Counted from the stretch's first letter, positions 14,219 through 29,088 are shown. The stretch is 64,000 nt of DNA from Octopus sinensis (GCF_006345805.1 NC_043006.1:90768001-90832000); one strand, 5' to 3'. A program made the numbers and translations. Notes: generated by a model from the letters alone, not told the origin.

Positions 14219-16394
14219 GCGTAAAGAATGGGATTCTGGAATGATACAACCATGTTTATATATTATTGGTATTTGATAATGTTTTATACCAATGATCAAT
14301 ATGTGTGAATAAATTTAGTCACAATAAAATTTTTGGACTTTGAATTCTATCTTTGTTCAACTGTGTAAACATAGAATAGCTTTATGACTGTTGTAAGTTG
14401 GTTGTTTACCAATTCATGTTTCTCCTATATAGTTCCTGTGTGAAGATAATTTTGTCACCTGAGATATTAAACAGCCACTGTAATTACTTTGAGCTTTGTA
14501 AAACAGGTTTTTATTGCCACTGCTTTATATACAACAAATAACTTTATTATAGTACGTACATCATTTATATGGGAAAGAAAATGTCTCACTCATTCTCAGA
14601 CATTTACGTAGTATTGTATATGCTACTAGAACAGCTCTTTTAAATATATTCTCTTGAAATTTTGACTAAGTGTTGCTTCAGAGCTTGATCTACTTTTCTA
14701 AAAGCCAGTTTGGCTCCAGTTGGCTATCTATTATATCCAAACCAAATAAAATAGCTGTTTGCTTTATTTTCTCTTTGCTGTTTCAAGTGACATTTAGTCA
14801 TGAAATGGCTATTTTTCATTTGCTTCACTCTTCATTTTAGATATTCCTGCTCTTCTGATCACACTTTGACTGTTACAGTTAGATATTATTTAGTCCTACA
14901 GAGTATACTAGCTTGACATGCTGTGTTATTATTTATGGACTTAAGTGATGAGTAGCTTGCTATAGTTACTTTGGTCTTTTTCTCTCTTGTCTTTCAGGAT
15001 GCCATATTGTTTTTTGAAATTTTTGTATTTAGTTGCAATTATTAAAAAGCATTTTTGTTATTAACACTGTAAGCTTAATAGCAAATTAACTCTTGATTTT
15101 ACTGGCAATAACATTTTTTAATTACTAGCAATTATATATATATGTACTGCTTCTAGGGCTTTTTCATAGTAATTAGGCCCATAAAGTAAAAACATTGTTT
15201 CCTTTTATTGGAATAAGAAGAGAGCAATAATAGTATACTTACTGATCCCTATCTGATAAATACATTTATGTTAATTTATGCAATTTTATTTTGATAAACT
15301 TTATTTGTGTTATACATGTTTGAATCTGCACTCATTTCATTTAGTTCTTAGTCTATTATGCACATAATAAGATATTTCTGTAGATTATGCTTCTAAGAGC
15401 ATTTTGTTATATTTTCTATGCCTATGTTATAAAGATACTATCAACAATTAATGACAAAGAGAAATTATATTTTACTTGTTATATCATATATGTGATCAAA
15501 TGGATATGAGACATTTTTGTAAACATTTTTGAAGGAGGGTGAAGCTTAAATCCTAACTACCTGAGTTGTTTTTCACCCGTGTTGTGAATGTCTTTTTACA
15601 TAAATCTGCAATGAATTACTCTAAAATCTGGATTTCTAATTTTTGTGATATGTGGAACATTACACTTGTAATGTTGGAATGGATCAGGTTGTATTGAGTA
15701 GAGTTGTCTGGCAAATCTTTGAAGTGTATTCTGGTTATATTCATTTCAAATAATATTTTAGGTATACACTGTGGGTGAGTAGAAGAGATACCAGTTTAAA
15801 TGTTATTTCTATAATAAATATTACTGCAAACATGAAAGGGATTTCTATTTCCATGCTTCAACAGATTTGTTGTGTCTTTGTACATATATCTTTACTTACC
15901 ACAGTAAAATGATAAACTATGGAGAGCATGTCTGTAAGGTCACCAGCAACTCCTTCAAATTGATTTTGAAACCAAATCATGAATTTTGCTTATAAAAATT
16001 TGGAAATAGTCTAATTCTATTGTAACTATATATGTGTTCATACATTATGCTGTTACTGATGTTTCTCTACACGAAATTTCATAAACACTTTTTTTTCATT
16101 TTTCATTTTTCTAGCTGCATAAAATTTATTCCACTATCTGAACTCTTTGTAACAAATATGTGTTTAGCAACATAATCAAGTAACTCCACAAAATATTAAA
16201 AGTATTACATCTAAACACATCCTTTTGTATCTTAGATTAAAACATTTTTTGATTGAAGATTTTTTGCAGTTTTTTCAAACAGATGACACATACTAGGACT
16301 TCCCCATATACCTGTTGGTAATGATGCTGTTAGGTATTATGTATGATTTATGTAACATTAAAACCCATACTCATGTTATAACTGACTTGCAGAA

Positions 16395-16805
16395 TCTTTC
16401 TACATTTATCTTTTACTTGATTCAGTCATTGGACTGCAGCCATGCTGAGGCACTGCTTTCAAGGATTATTTAAACAAATCAAGTTCTTATTTTTGGAAAA
16501 CCTGGTACTTTTTCTATTGGTCTCTTTTGCTAAACAGATAAATTACAGGGATGTTAACAGACCCGCCAGTTTCCAAGCTGTGGTGGTGGTGGTGGTGGTG
16601 GTGGATCAAACACACACATACACACACACACACAACATATATATGCTGCTAGCTTCTTTCAGTTTCTGTCTACCAAATCCACTAACAAGGCTTTGGTTGG
16701 CCTGGAGCTATAGTAGAAGACGTTTGCCCAAGACGCCACACAGTGGAACTGAACTCAAAACCACATGGTTGACAAGCAGACTTCTTACCACACAGTCACA
16801 CCTGT
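16395..16805 (-). mobile_element. tRNA-derived SINE
   Basis: Reverse complement of the 7258-7650 family (ttcagtcattggactgcagccatgctg...ccacacagtcaca). Confidence 0.8.
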
Positions 16806-17264
16806 ACCTGTTTATAATCCGAAGCTAATTACTGGAGATTTCTTGATGCCTTCCAAAATATTTTTCTTTATGTATCTCAGTGTTTCAGACTTTTGTCAGA
16901 CTTTTGTTTTGTAGTCTTTTCATATGTTCACATGAAAAAATGAAACTAATTGACGTGGTCCAGGTGTCTACTTAAATTATCCATGAAAATGAACTGAGTA
17001 ATCTTGAGTCACTGGTAACTGCAATGAAAAGTAACCAGTACTAGAAGTTTCTTCAATTATTTCAACATGAACATGAATAAAAAGGTCTGCATTCTACATT
17101 GCAAGGGCTTTAGTATTGCAGTAATGATTGTTTCAGTATTTTTAGGTATAGACTTTAAAAAAAAAATTTTTTTTTAAAGTTTCATTGTTATCGTCAGGCT
17201 TGGGGTTAAAGATAAGGTAGTGTTCTGTAAATACCAGCCTTTTGGTGGGAGGGCATCTGTCCTA

Positions 17265-18944
17265 CTACCTCTCCTGCAACTGGTATCCCTCCAGTAGAGA
17301 ATGGATACTTTTCAGTATGAACTTTTCAGCATTTACTAGTGAGCTGACTTGGCTTTCCAAACATTGCAGAAACATATTTTGAAAAGTTAAAAGAAAACTT
17401 TCTTCCATCAATTGGTACATTTCTGTAGCACCATGCAGTATGTCATCTGCTTGTCCACTCTGTTTATTTCCCCACCATGTGTTGAGAGTAGGACTGCATA
17501 GTACAAGGTTTGCACACAATCCAGGTATGATCTTCATGACACTTTGATCGCACTTCTTTTCTAAAGGTCTTGGCAGAGTGGGCAGTCATCAGAAGACTCA
17601 CTGACCTTTTGTCATACCAAAAAATGTACAAAAGGAACCCATTCCTATGTGTGATTAAAGGAGTGGTTCTCGGCTCAGGGACCTCCTGCTTTGATTTCAT
17701 TAGGCACACTCTGGTGCTGCATGCTCTTGTTCTGTGTGGGGTTAGATCATAAAATAATGCCGGTAATGAGAAAAAATGTCCATGTAAAGAACATGTCCCT
17801 TATTTTGCACAGTCTCTAAGAAGGAAGAAATCACTTTATGTGCAACACCAAGTGCCCTCGTACAGCCAGCAATTGTAGATGTAACCAGTTTTCACACTAG
17901 CCAGCCTTCAGGCTTTCAGGCCCCACTTGGCTGGTTTTACTGGCTTCTAGATTAGATCAGTAGACTTGTACTTCCTTTGAAAGGAATCATGCTTTCATCC
18001 ACTGAAAGTTCCTTTCTGTTATAAAAGTATTTCTGCTAAAGTGACACAAGTATTTCAGAGTATGACTGGATCTTACGTGCTCTATCATGCACAGGTTGAT
18101 TTCTTGATTTTTCTTTTTGATTTGTCGAAATGATGGTAAAAATACAGGATTCTTAAGAAAACTGTCCCTTACCATGATGTGCTTGAAGTCTGGCATCTCA
18201 AGAAAATCATCAGTAGAGAAGTATATTATTGTACATGTGTGTGTGTGTGTGTGTGTGTAATCATGTTCATTTAACATCCATATAATAGCATCAGAGAAGT
18301 GACTATGTTCACTCCAGCAACCAAATTAGTGTGTGAATAATATGATCATTGAGCATACAGTTTTAACAAATCTGTTGGTTGACAGATTAAATTACCGAGC
18401 ATACTGTTCACTCAGAAATCTCTCAGTTTTGGAATTTTGAATGTAATGTTTCTAGATCTGAGCTATTATACAATTAACATCTTATACAACTATAAAGTAG
18501 ATGTTAATCATTTTTAGAATTGAGAAAAAGTGCAGCTGTTGTGCAGTTTACAATGTTTCCATTCTGTCATAATTATAGACTTTGCATAGGTTTATTTACA
18601 CTGGGGTGTGAATACTACAGTGAAGAACTGAAAACATACAAGAAGTAGATCATAGCAAATTCTACTTATAATACTTAATACTAGAACTATTAAATTATTA
18701 TTTCATGAAATTTTAATAAGATTTCTATGTGTCCAAGTTTTGTCTGGTTATTTGTTTTTATAAAACTCAAACATAATTCTTGATCATCAGTAAACCAGTA
18801 TAAATCAAATGAGCATTTAATAAGCCCAATCAGAAGCAAAATTGTTATGAATGCCTTCAAATCTTCAAAAGTGGTGTCCTTCAACATGTTGATATATGAT
18901 TGAGCACCAGCATTTCTCCCTCTTTTTTTTCCTTCACCTGACTA

Positions 18945-18996
<52 letters not shown>

Positions 18997-19300
18997 CTCA
19001 TTGACAAACATAGTTATAATTTTGTCGTTCAAGAAGAGACGAAAAAGTTGCCTCTTTGATATACCATCAGGTACCTCCTTGGGGTCAGTATTTTCCTTGA
19101 AATCAGCCAGCCATGGATTATAGTATCCATTCTATACACCGATCTCACTATCACACTGGCACCATCCTCGCCATCACCTCTGACTACTTCAACATCAATA
19201 CCTGCCTGATTGAATCCTTCAAACTTATCATCTCAGTCCAAGTCAAAGAAAAGTTTTTCAAGTAAAGCTTGGTGAAATACAGGAGAAGCTATTTTTCATC
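17265..19300 (-). pseudogene. Decayed piggyBac DDD transposase, interrupted by a 520-bp duplication and an (AT)n expansion
   Basis: Minus-strand fragments in correct order across frameshifts: FRLFLNDKIITMFVNETN, FEDLKAFITILLLIGLIK..LYWFTD, EMPDFKHIMVRD, ELSVDESMIPFKG, KTGYIYNCWLYEG, KGHVLYMD, WYDKRSVSLLMTAH, YSQHMVG, WKKVFF. Confidence 0.9.
18258..18777 (+). repeat. 520-bp direct repeat, copy 2, inside the piggyBac relic
   Basis: Identical by eye to 8456-8975; preceded by (TG)n. Confidence 0.9.
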
Positions 19301-22104
19301 TGGCAAAACATCCAGAAAACTCCAATCAATTAAAAAGATTGTGTACCTTGTGTCAAGTGATTAACGATGCAAATAGCATCAGAAAATATAAGTTTAACCT
19401 CATTCTGAATCTAAAGTAGACTGTTTCCAGCTTAAAATACTGGAAATAAAACTTTGTAAAGTGTTTATTTTAAGCACCCCTCAAGGCAACACAGTGTGCC
19501 TGCAGCTACAAGGGAGAAAACTCATAGAACAACTTATTGCAACCGCAGCACATTAAAGGTTAAGTAAAGATTGATAAGATTAGCATCCTACAAAATACAG
19601 GACACAATGAAATAGACTAGAAACTTTTGAAAGTAGCACACATATCGGAAATCAGTAGAAGAGTATGCTTTGTGCTTATAAGATCCAATAAGACTGAAAC
19701 ATGCCTGAAGATATCACCTCTCAAAACATATATATGAAATTTATAAAAGTAATTCTTAGTCACTTGAAATTATTTTACCTTCCATTTTTCTCTTTGAGCA
19801 TCAATATTATCATTGGGTTTTTTGTTTTCTTTCTGCAACTAAGACAGAAATTTCAAGTAATCTAAGAAAAATATAGAAATCGAAAATTTTTCACATACAT
19901 TATTCAGTACATCGGTCCTTAACTTAGTAGTCTAAATTCATGCTATTGGCCTATTTATATCCTTTAGCTCCTTTATATTTTATCAGAATACTTTTATTTG
20001 TAAATGCGAAAAAAGAAAATACTTAAAGAATACTACTGGATCTACTAAACTTTATATTTTTATTGTTATAAATACAAAATCTATGTTATTTCTTTTTAAA
20101 AATATAGTATTAAATGAAACTTCCGTTTAAACATTATTTCTATTCTGCTCATATTTTGCAGCTTTTAAAGAGTCAGCTTATTATATAATTCAGTGAGCCT
20201 GTCATAAATATGTCTATGCTACTTTTAAATGATATTCATTGATAATAGTTTTTGTTATAAATGTTTTGTTGATTATCAGTTTGTGCAAACCAAAATCTCC
20301 AACTATTTCTCTCTATGTATTTCTTTTAAAAAGAAAAGTCTTATCTGTAATATTTTTCTATTGCACCTTTTTTTTTTTAAACAAAAAACCCAGAATATTG
20401 TAAAGTCAACAGATTTTTAGAATTTCATTGAGGCGTTGATGAAGTAACCATAAAAATGCTCTCAGTTATCATCAATGTAATATTTCATTTAAAAAATGTA
20501 TTAATGTTTGTGCAAATACATGTGTGTGCACAGACACAGACACACACACACACACACACACTTATATGTATATATATATGAATAGCAAATGAGTGAAACA
20601 GAGCTGCTGTATCAGAAATGTCTTGTGATACCTGTAGTGAAGGACTTCTCACATAAAAGAATTGAATTCTCTTCACAATAATTTTTTTCCTTCTTAATTA
20701 GTTAATTCCTAAACAATAATTATCAAATGCAAAATGTATATACAGAATACTAATTAATGCTTTTATAGTTATCTGCTATGGAAGACATATGACATGAATT
20801 CAACATTTTAATTTTTGCTTGTATATTAGATACCTTAGAATTTCACAATATTTTTTTAAGCTTTGAATTTTATGCTCAGATTATAGTAAGAATGATGGTG
20901 ATAATGAGGATGAAGACAATATATTTAATTTCTGAAATTTAGAGGCTAAGAGGAAATTGGTTTAATGAAAGTGCACAGTTCTTGATAAATCATCTACATT
21001 CGAATTTTTACACATGCACACACATTTATGGTCTTTATGAGCAGCAGATCAAGAGGCAGGCAGAGAATGTAATAGCTGGATAATATCAAGAGCTGGTTGG
21101 ACAAGTGTAGCAAGGTAAAGAACTAGTGCTTAATTGGGAAAGCTTTCATTGTAGAGTCATCAATGAGCAGCAAGCATACTATACTTGGCACACACTCACA
21201 CATATTCATGCATCATTCACATATATGCACACTCTTGCATGCACATGCATTCATGTACATGCACACATATTCACATTGCACAAATTTCGTATGGCAATGA
21301 TAATGTTTTAGCTTTGAATCAACAAAAAACTAAGGCATGTCATTTGTAAAATACTTGTTAAAATATTTATTAAAAACAGAGAAAAATGGTGAATGAGACT
21401 TAGCTTGAAGAAAATCAGAAAATGTTCAACAGTATGCACTCTTGTGTAAGTTGTGACATATGTCACAGCTGACCTGTAGGAATACTTAACCTTTACTTGT
21501 CTTTTTCTTTATCAAATGTGCCACAATGAGAGGGATAAGAAAAGTTGAAAATATTTCAGTAGATGTCTTGAGTGATAATATCCTGAAGCACAAATGTGAG
21601 AAATATTTTGATTTAAGCCTGTTAATAGCTTATGAGAAATGGACTCTTTCTCAATTTTACATTTAAAATATTGGAAGTGAAGTAATTGACAACATATTAG
21701 TTAATATCAAGACTTGTTTTGTGAGTTGAAGTGGTTAGGGGGAAAAAAAAACAGAACAGAGATATAGTATATTGCTAATTTTCACTGAAACCGATAAGCT
21801 TTGAAACAGAAAATCAGCTACTAAAAGAAAAAATGTAGAAAAGCAAGTGGTTTGAAAGAAAGAAAGAGTTGGCTAATAAGCATATTGTTTGACTGTGGGT
21901 GAAATAATGTTTTTATTACAAGAATGGCAGTAGTATTCATTGTGTTTTTAACACTTAAGAGACAATTGTCTTGTAATTTGTGTTATTTTGTCATATTGAA
22001 GATTGGAGCCTGGTGCAGCCATCTGGTTCGCCAGCCCTCAGTCAAAATCGTCCAACCCATGCTAGCATGGAAAGTGGACGTTAAGCGAACGACGAACGAT
22101 AGTT

Positions 22105-23245
22105 CTCACAACTTGTTCCTGGATGCTGCATATCAATATCTCAGAACATCTTTCAAATCCCCTTTCCTTAGCCACTTCTAGATGTTCATCTTGTTGTTCC
22201 CCTTGATTTCTATGAGGTAGTGTCATGCATTGTTTTCTTTTTCTAGTTGTTTATTCTTTGTTCTCCATTTTGTTTCTTAAATGTTTTTGGATGCATCACA
22301 TTTTTGGTAGATATTGTGTTATATCTAGCAGTGGCAAGTGGAGGTTCATTCTGTTATTTGATGTACCATCCTGGACTGTTCTTCTCATTGACAACTTGGA
22401 TCTTACATCTCTTCTTTTCTTCTTCCTAGGCACATACAGTCTATCAATATTGCTTTTGAGATGCACTTCCTTGTTCATAGTCATAACTTTCCTGGTTTTA
22501 CTATACGTTTCCTCAAGCCCATTCTTTTCCCTCCTAACAACACCTGTGCCATATCACATTAAAGAATCAACCTATGTATTCATTGCTCTGATCTTGTTCT
22601 TTCCATTAAGTCTACTTTCCACAATTAATTTAGTTCTTCCGAGATATTGTCACCTAAATCTTTCCTTCATCTCACTTTCCTTGATTTTGTCATACTCCAA
22701 AATACCCAGATACTTATATCCATCAATCCCAACATCCTTGATTCCGTTGCCATTGGGTAGTTCTATGCCTTTTTTTACAATAAGCATACCACACTTTTTG
22801 ATCGCAAATTCCATCTCAGTATCCTTATTGAAAATCTGCACTGTTGAAACCAGACCATTTATTTCATGTTCATTCTTCCCAAAGATCTTTAAATCATCCA
22901 TATATAACATGTGATTTAATTTTCCTCCATTTTTCAAGGTGTACCTCAATGTCACATTCCACAGTATCTGTGTGAGGAGTTTCTTACAAATCACAAGCAG
23001 CTATGATGATTGACTATCTCCTTGAAATATGTCTCATATTAACTCTATTCCAGTTCTTCATTGATCTCCTGATAAAATTTAAGATGTCATCAGACACTTG
23101 TAGCAACTGAAGACTTCCTAATATCCAGGAATGGAGCCAAGGGGACCATGTCATACACTTTCTTATAATCGATCTATGCCATACCCAGATTAATATGTCT
23201 TTTCATGCAGTTCTTCAGCACCATTTTGTCTATCAGTTTATGATG
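22105..23245 (-). mobile_element. R4/Dong-like non-LTR retrotransposon RT fragment
   Basis: IDYKKVYDMV..HSWI, KLNHMLYMDDLKIFGKNEHE, EFAIKKCGML, GYKYLGILEYDKIK, KSNIDRLYVPRK. The YMDD-type RT and HP(K)..DRLY.PR-like region are characteristic of R4-clade RTs; the ORF is disrupted. Confidence 0.8.
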
Positions 23246-24160
23246 CGAAAAAATTTATCTACAGTAGAGTATATTTTCAAGCTCTTCATGTAAAGTTAAA
23301 CTAACAAGATTAACATTAAGGTGAACATTCAACTATAAAAGCAGTTGTTCCAATATAATATCTCATTTACAGTATCCAAATCAGATGACTACTCTAATCC
23401 ATATCAGCATTAAAAAAAAACCATAATACTTTACAACTAAAAGTATTTTTTAGTGAGCAGCTTTAACATTAAAAAAATATTGTACGTAAACGAGGAAAAT
23501 ATTTTTTTACATCTTGTATTTTATTAAGACTTACTTCTTTATGAGTGCACATTTAATTTTTGAATTATTATGTTTAATGTTGCACTTCAGAAATATTGGC
23601 AACTTTCTGCATTTTAGTTTACATTTCTGTCTTTGGTTTGTTGATTATACAAAAAACACACACACATTTCCATAATCAATAGGAAAAAAGTATTAATGCT
23701 GAAAGATATATTTATTTGTTTGATCACTCAACCTGCATTTCCTTTTTAAATCAAGAAAAATAATTATTGGAATAAATTATAAAACATCAACCATTAATTC
23801 TATAATTTCCTCTATCAACCTTTTACTGTTCGTTGTTGAATAGCTTTCCATCATTCTTTGGGGAAAGTTTACAATTTTATAGCTCATTTCTATGTTTCCT
23901 TTGAGATAATTGGTCAAAATGTTATCTCTTAAAAGAGGTTTCTCTTTTGAGAATTGTTTGTTGTTCCAACTATTGATTAGGGAGAAAATATTTTGATTGA
24001 GTGGGTGGATATATGTAAAAGGGGCCTATGAAGCTGTGAAGAAATTTTTATTTGTAATGAACTAATTCAGTTTCTTTTCCACAAATATCACTCATCAGGA
24101 AAACCTTTAATATATCATGTTTCTCATATTATTAACATAAATATCTATCATTTGTTTCAG

Positions 24161-24184
24161 AAATCTAGAAATGCAATGAATAAA
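24161..24184 (+). CDS. Candidate 24-nt coding microexon (KSRNAMNK), gene unknown
   Basis: tttgtttcag|AAATCTAGAAATGCAATGAATAAA|gtaagg; only phase 0 is open. Confidence 0.4.
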
Positions 24185-26716
24185 GTAAGGAGGGACAATT
24201 CTTTTTGTAAATCTAATTTGAATAATGAGAATGGTTTTATGATATTTAGTATTTAACAAATCACAAAAAGTATTTTAAATGGGTTTTAGGTCATAGACAT
24301 CTCCAATATGATGTAGGACAATTATCAAAATATTCTATTTATAATAGACAGTTATTCATGAATATCAAGTTACTTTAGTGATATTACAGTTTGAAAATAT
24401 TTTTGAGTAGAAAATGAAGGTTTTAAATAGACTTTAGGCTTTGATCATTTATTGTCATAGCATAATTGGTTCCAAACATAAGTTCAGCTATTTTTTATAA
24501 TATTGAGCTAATTGAAAAATAAGTAGTTTGGTGTTTAATTATACCAAAATCAAAACAATTTAAATGAAAAAATAAATGAATAAACTAGAGTTCAATGAAG
24601 CTAATGATGCTCTGCACCAGTAATAAAAAGTTAATGAAATGAATTATAAGTGACAATAAATTTGTTTTTAAATATATTTCATTTTAAAAAAAACTGATGC
24701 TTCAAGAAAATCATTAATTCTAAACATGAAGATCAAAATTAAAGTAGGATATTTTTTCTTTTTTTCTAATTTGCAATATAATTTTGCAGTGCTTATTATT
24801 TTTGATCCATACAACACAAAGTTACTGTTGTTATAGAGTACCATAACATTAACATAGCCAAAGTAACAAACATTTTTCACCTCCTTGACAATTTTTTAAT
24901 GAGTGTTCTTAGTAAACTTAATTTGAGCTGAAGATTTATACAGCAATAAATATATAAATTATTCTTAAAAATTTAAAGCAAATATAAAATAAAATTTTTC
25001 ATCTATTAGAGAAAATATTTAACAGTGATAAAATAATTATTTAAACATCTCCACCCTTAATATCATCTGTGAGTATCATGGAGTAAAGGTATTTATATGA
25101 TTGATATCTTCAATGTAGATGTCTATATTTCTTTATACTCTTTAGGACACAAGTAATGTTATTTGATTATTAGTTAGGTTCATTAATTGCTTTCCATTGG
25201 AACTATTCTGAAAGGCATTAATCAAATTGTGCTTGATTGTTGCAAGTTATCTTTTGTTTTTCATGGGTTACTAATGAAAAATAAAACTTCAATAGCTCAT
25301 TAAATTCATTTTGTATTATTCCTATAAAATCAATAAAATATAAAGGGATACTTTCAGTATATGGTGATTGATGAAAGTTCCCAAAGAAAATCTTTTTTCA
25401 GGTAATATTAATTAAAATACAAGAAAATTATGCATTGATTTTAATAAAATGTGCACAAATAAGTTTTTGAAAAAGTTTTGATGTATGGTATGTCAATAAC
25501 TGACCCATCCAACTAAGATATATTTGCTGAAGGGTTGTAAAATGAATGGATAAAAAGATTGTTAATTTATTTTAGGTATTTATGATTACGCTAAAATATT
25601 TTCTACCACAAGTATTGCAAAGAATAGATCTGGGGCTAATTTTCTCTGATTTAATCAATGAAATATGTAGATGTATGTGTATGTGTTTTTTTTATATAAT
25701 TAGGTAGAATAATCTTTGTGCTTCATGGAGGGTTGATATTTTTTATTCTACAGTCTTTTATTTATCATCATCATTGTAGTTGTTGTCATCATTGTCATCA
25801 TCAGTAACATTTATTGTCCATTTTCCATGCTGGTATGGGTTGGACAGTTTGACAAAATTCAGCAGTCCAAGCTTGGTTTCTCTAGCTGGATGCTCTTCCT
25901 AATGCCATATGCATGCAAATATGCTATTTTGAAAACATTAACTCCAAGTCTTTAATTTTTTTTGCATAGACTGTATTCAACATATATCAAGTAGAATTGA
26001 ATGAGTAATATATTTAGAAAGTATATAGCAATCAACAGATAAAAACTTATTTTCTGAGAAAGAATAGGTAAAGAAATCTAGATTCTGAAAGTAGAAACTG
26101 TAAGATTTTATCATTTAGGCAGCAATAATGAATACAAAGATGGATAAATAATTAAGTTATAGGGATAATAATAAAAGTAGATAGTCTTAAAGAATACATG
26201 TAAATCTTACAAATTGAATTTTTATCAAAGAACGAAATTGAAGTTAATTATATCATTGAGATGACTACCATTATTTTCATTTTTATATTTTTTAGTGCAT
26301 ATGGTTTTGGAATTTACCTTTAGGTATAAAGTTTCCAAAAATGATCTTATCTATTTCTGATGGTTACTTTGATTTTAAATCAAAATATACCTTGTTCTGA
26401 TTACTATTTTATTATTTGATCAAAATTATTGGTGCAAAAGAAAAAAGAATTTGGTATTGTAGTTAATAGTATACATGGCAGAACCATGATTTTTCTAATA
26501 CTTTATTTATAGTATCTTCTACTGAAATATGGTGCATTTATTTAAATACATAATCTTGTACATATTAGTTCTGTTCATGAAATTTATTTTATTTTCTCTG
26601 TATGGCAACATATTAATGAATTTTGAAAAAGTGAAATTTCTGTCTAGGCTATACAGAACAGATTCAAACATTTTACCATTAATGTTTTTTTTCCCCTATA
26701 TTAGTTTTGTTTGCAG

Positions 26717-26776
26717 GACTCTACTCTGCTCAAATGGTTTTATCATCATTCATGCCAGACAGTTGATCTTGTCAAA
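26717..26776 (+). CDS. Candidate 60-nt coding exon (DSTLLKWFYHHSCQTVDLVK), gene unknown
   Basis: ttttgtttgcag|GACTCT...GTCAAA|gtaaac; open in phase 0-0. Confidence 0.45.
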
Positions 26777-27158
26777 GTAAACACTTATTTACATTTCTTT
26801 GATCTTTTTTAATAGTTACTTAAACATATCAACCTCTAACCAGTGAAGAAATTTGTATAAGTTCAAGTATAAGTAATGCACTTGTCTGATTTTGTTTTAT
26901 TGTGTTCTACAAGCTATTCACAGGCAGAAATATGACAAACTACTTTGTATGCTGTATTTCATCATTAGTTGTAACCCTTTAATAAAGCTGTTGGTTTAGA
27001 AATATCAAGATCCACATTATACCCATACTCAGAACATATCATCCCCATACTCAGAACATATCATCAATGTATGCTGGGTCAGAGAAACACTCCTGCTAAA
27101 TATCCCAGGAGACAGACAGACAGTTGTATGCATATATACATACATTAACTATGTGCAG

Positions 27159-27234
<76 letters not shown>

Positions 27235-27237
<3 letters not shown>

Positions 27238-28225
27238 ATGCACAGGTACAATAAACGTTAAAAATGTACAGAAAATAGACTCCATCAACTGTCAAGGGGT
27301 AAGCTAGAGGTGGTAGATAGCTTCCGTTATCTAGGTGACCAAGTTAGTAGTGGAGGTGGATGCTCCGAGAGTGTAGCTATGAGAATAAGAATAGGCTGGG
27401 CAAAGTTCAGAGAGCTCCTACTTCTGCTGCCAACAAAGACCTCTCTCTCAGAGTGAAAGGCAGATTGGATGATGCCTGTGTGCAAACAGCTAAGCTACAT
27501 GGCAGTGAAACATGGGCTGTGACAGCTGGGTACATGCGTAGGCTTGAAAGAAATGAAGCTAGTTTGTTTCACTGGATGTGCAGTGATGCATGTTCAACAG
27601 AGTATAAACATCATGAGAGAAAAGTTGGACATAAGAAACATCAGATGTGGTGTGCAAGAGAAACGACTGCGATGGTATGTGCATGTAATGCATATAGATG
27701 AGGACAGCTGTGTAAAGAAGTACCAATCTCTAACTGTAATGGGAACCTGTGGTAGAGGTAGACCTTAGAAGACATGAGACAAGGAGTAAAGCATGATCTT
27801 TGAACTTTAGGACTTACAAAGGCAATGATTAGTGACTGAGACCTTTGGCAATATACTCTGCTTGAGAAGACCTGTCAAGCCAAGTGAAATCGTAGTCGTG
27901 GCTGATCCTGGTGTCACGTAACTGGCACCTGTGTGGTGGTACATAAAAAGCTCCTTTCAAGCAATGGGCCTCACAGAGGCAAAGTGGTCAATGCCGGTGG
28001 CACATGAAAAGCTCCTTTTGAGTGTTGGGCCTCATGGAGGCAATGCCTGAGACCTTTGGCATTATGTTGTGCTTGAGAAGAAGACCCATCAAGCCAAGTA
28101 AATGGGCATCCAGCTGTAGAAACCATGCCAAATCAGATGGGAGTCTGGTGCAGCAGCCTTCCTGCTTGCCAGCCTTGGTCAAACCATCAAACCCATGCCT
28201 GGATAATGGATGCTAAATGATGATA
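27235..28225 (+). mobile_element. RTE LINE 3' fragment (RT C-terminus plus tail)
   Basis: LEVVDSFRYLGDQVSSGGG, LSLRVKGRL, LHGSETWAVT, RLRWYVHV; same family as the LINE at 45771-49450. Confidence 0.9.
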
Positions 28226-29088
28226 TATAGTAATATATAGAGATTTATATATAGAGAGAGGGATAAATGTATTTATATGTATATTATTCCTGTGCAGTTA
28301 TACATATGTGTGCACGCACACACATGCGCACATTATTGCACTGGAGTTCTCTGTCCCAGTTGAATGATTTATAGAAAACGTTTCTTTGCATGTGGGATTG
28401 TTTCCAATGACACACATAGCTGAACAATAACACCTCCCAGATAGTATATGCTAATCTGCACAAGATAGTTTCATGTGATGCTTTTCACAGTAGGTTGAGC
28501 ATTAAACCAAATGCTCTCTGTTAGACTTTTTTCTTTTATTTTTATCTCTGTGATGATGGCATAGTCCTCTTATAGTTGACATAGTTTTGAAAATTAAGAT
28601 AATTCATTCACTGTTAGAGTTAGGAACATATCTGGTTTGAATATTATTTATACAATGATTTAAAGAAGAAGTAAATGAATATTGGTACAAATTACAAAAT
28701 GCAAATGGAACAAATAAAGTCATTGTTGTTTCTTTGCTAGCTTAATTTAGTGTGTAATATACACAATTTCAGTGATATAAATGGGGGAGGGACAACCTAG
28801 TATTTGTTCATTTCACTGAGCAAAGTTGTATACTATAAGCATAAGGTGTCCTAAGGAGAAGTAATTCTGTATATCATGTACTCAGTCACTGTGTCTCTAA
28901 ATTGATGTATTTAAAATTGTGATGAATACTTGAAGATGTTACCCATTGACACAAAGAATATACCTATATTGGTAACAGACAAACATCAAATTATATAAAC
29001 TATATAAGTCTTTGATGGTAATTGCTATTGATTTGATTCAACATGTAAAAGTTATATTTATTTATTTATTCTTTTTTTGTTTTGTTAG

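Noticed and set aside
17195-17215. GGGTTAA as the piggyBac terminal repeat
   Set aside because: Wrong orientation for the element lying to its right; no matching TIR pair found.
20590-20680. SLQVSQDISDTAAL resembling the hAT DESTDISDTAQL motif
   Set aside because: A single short match lacking the catalytic DE; no further transposase motifs nearby.
22225-22914. 229-aa plus-strand ORF
   Set aside because: Antisense shadow of the R4-like RT fragment.
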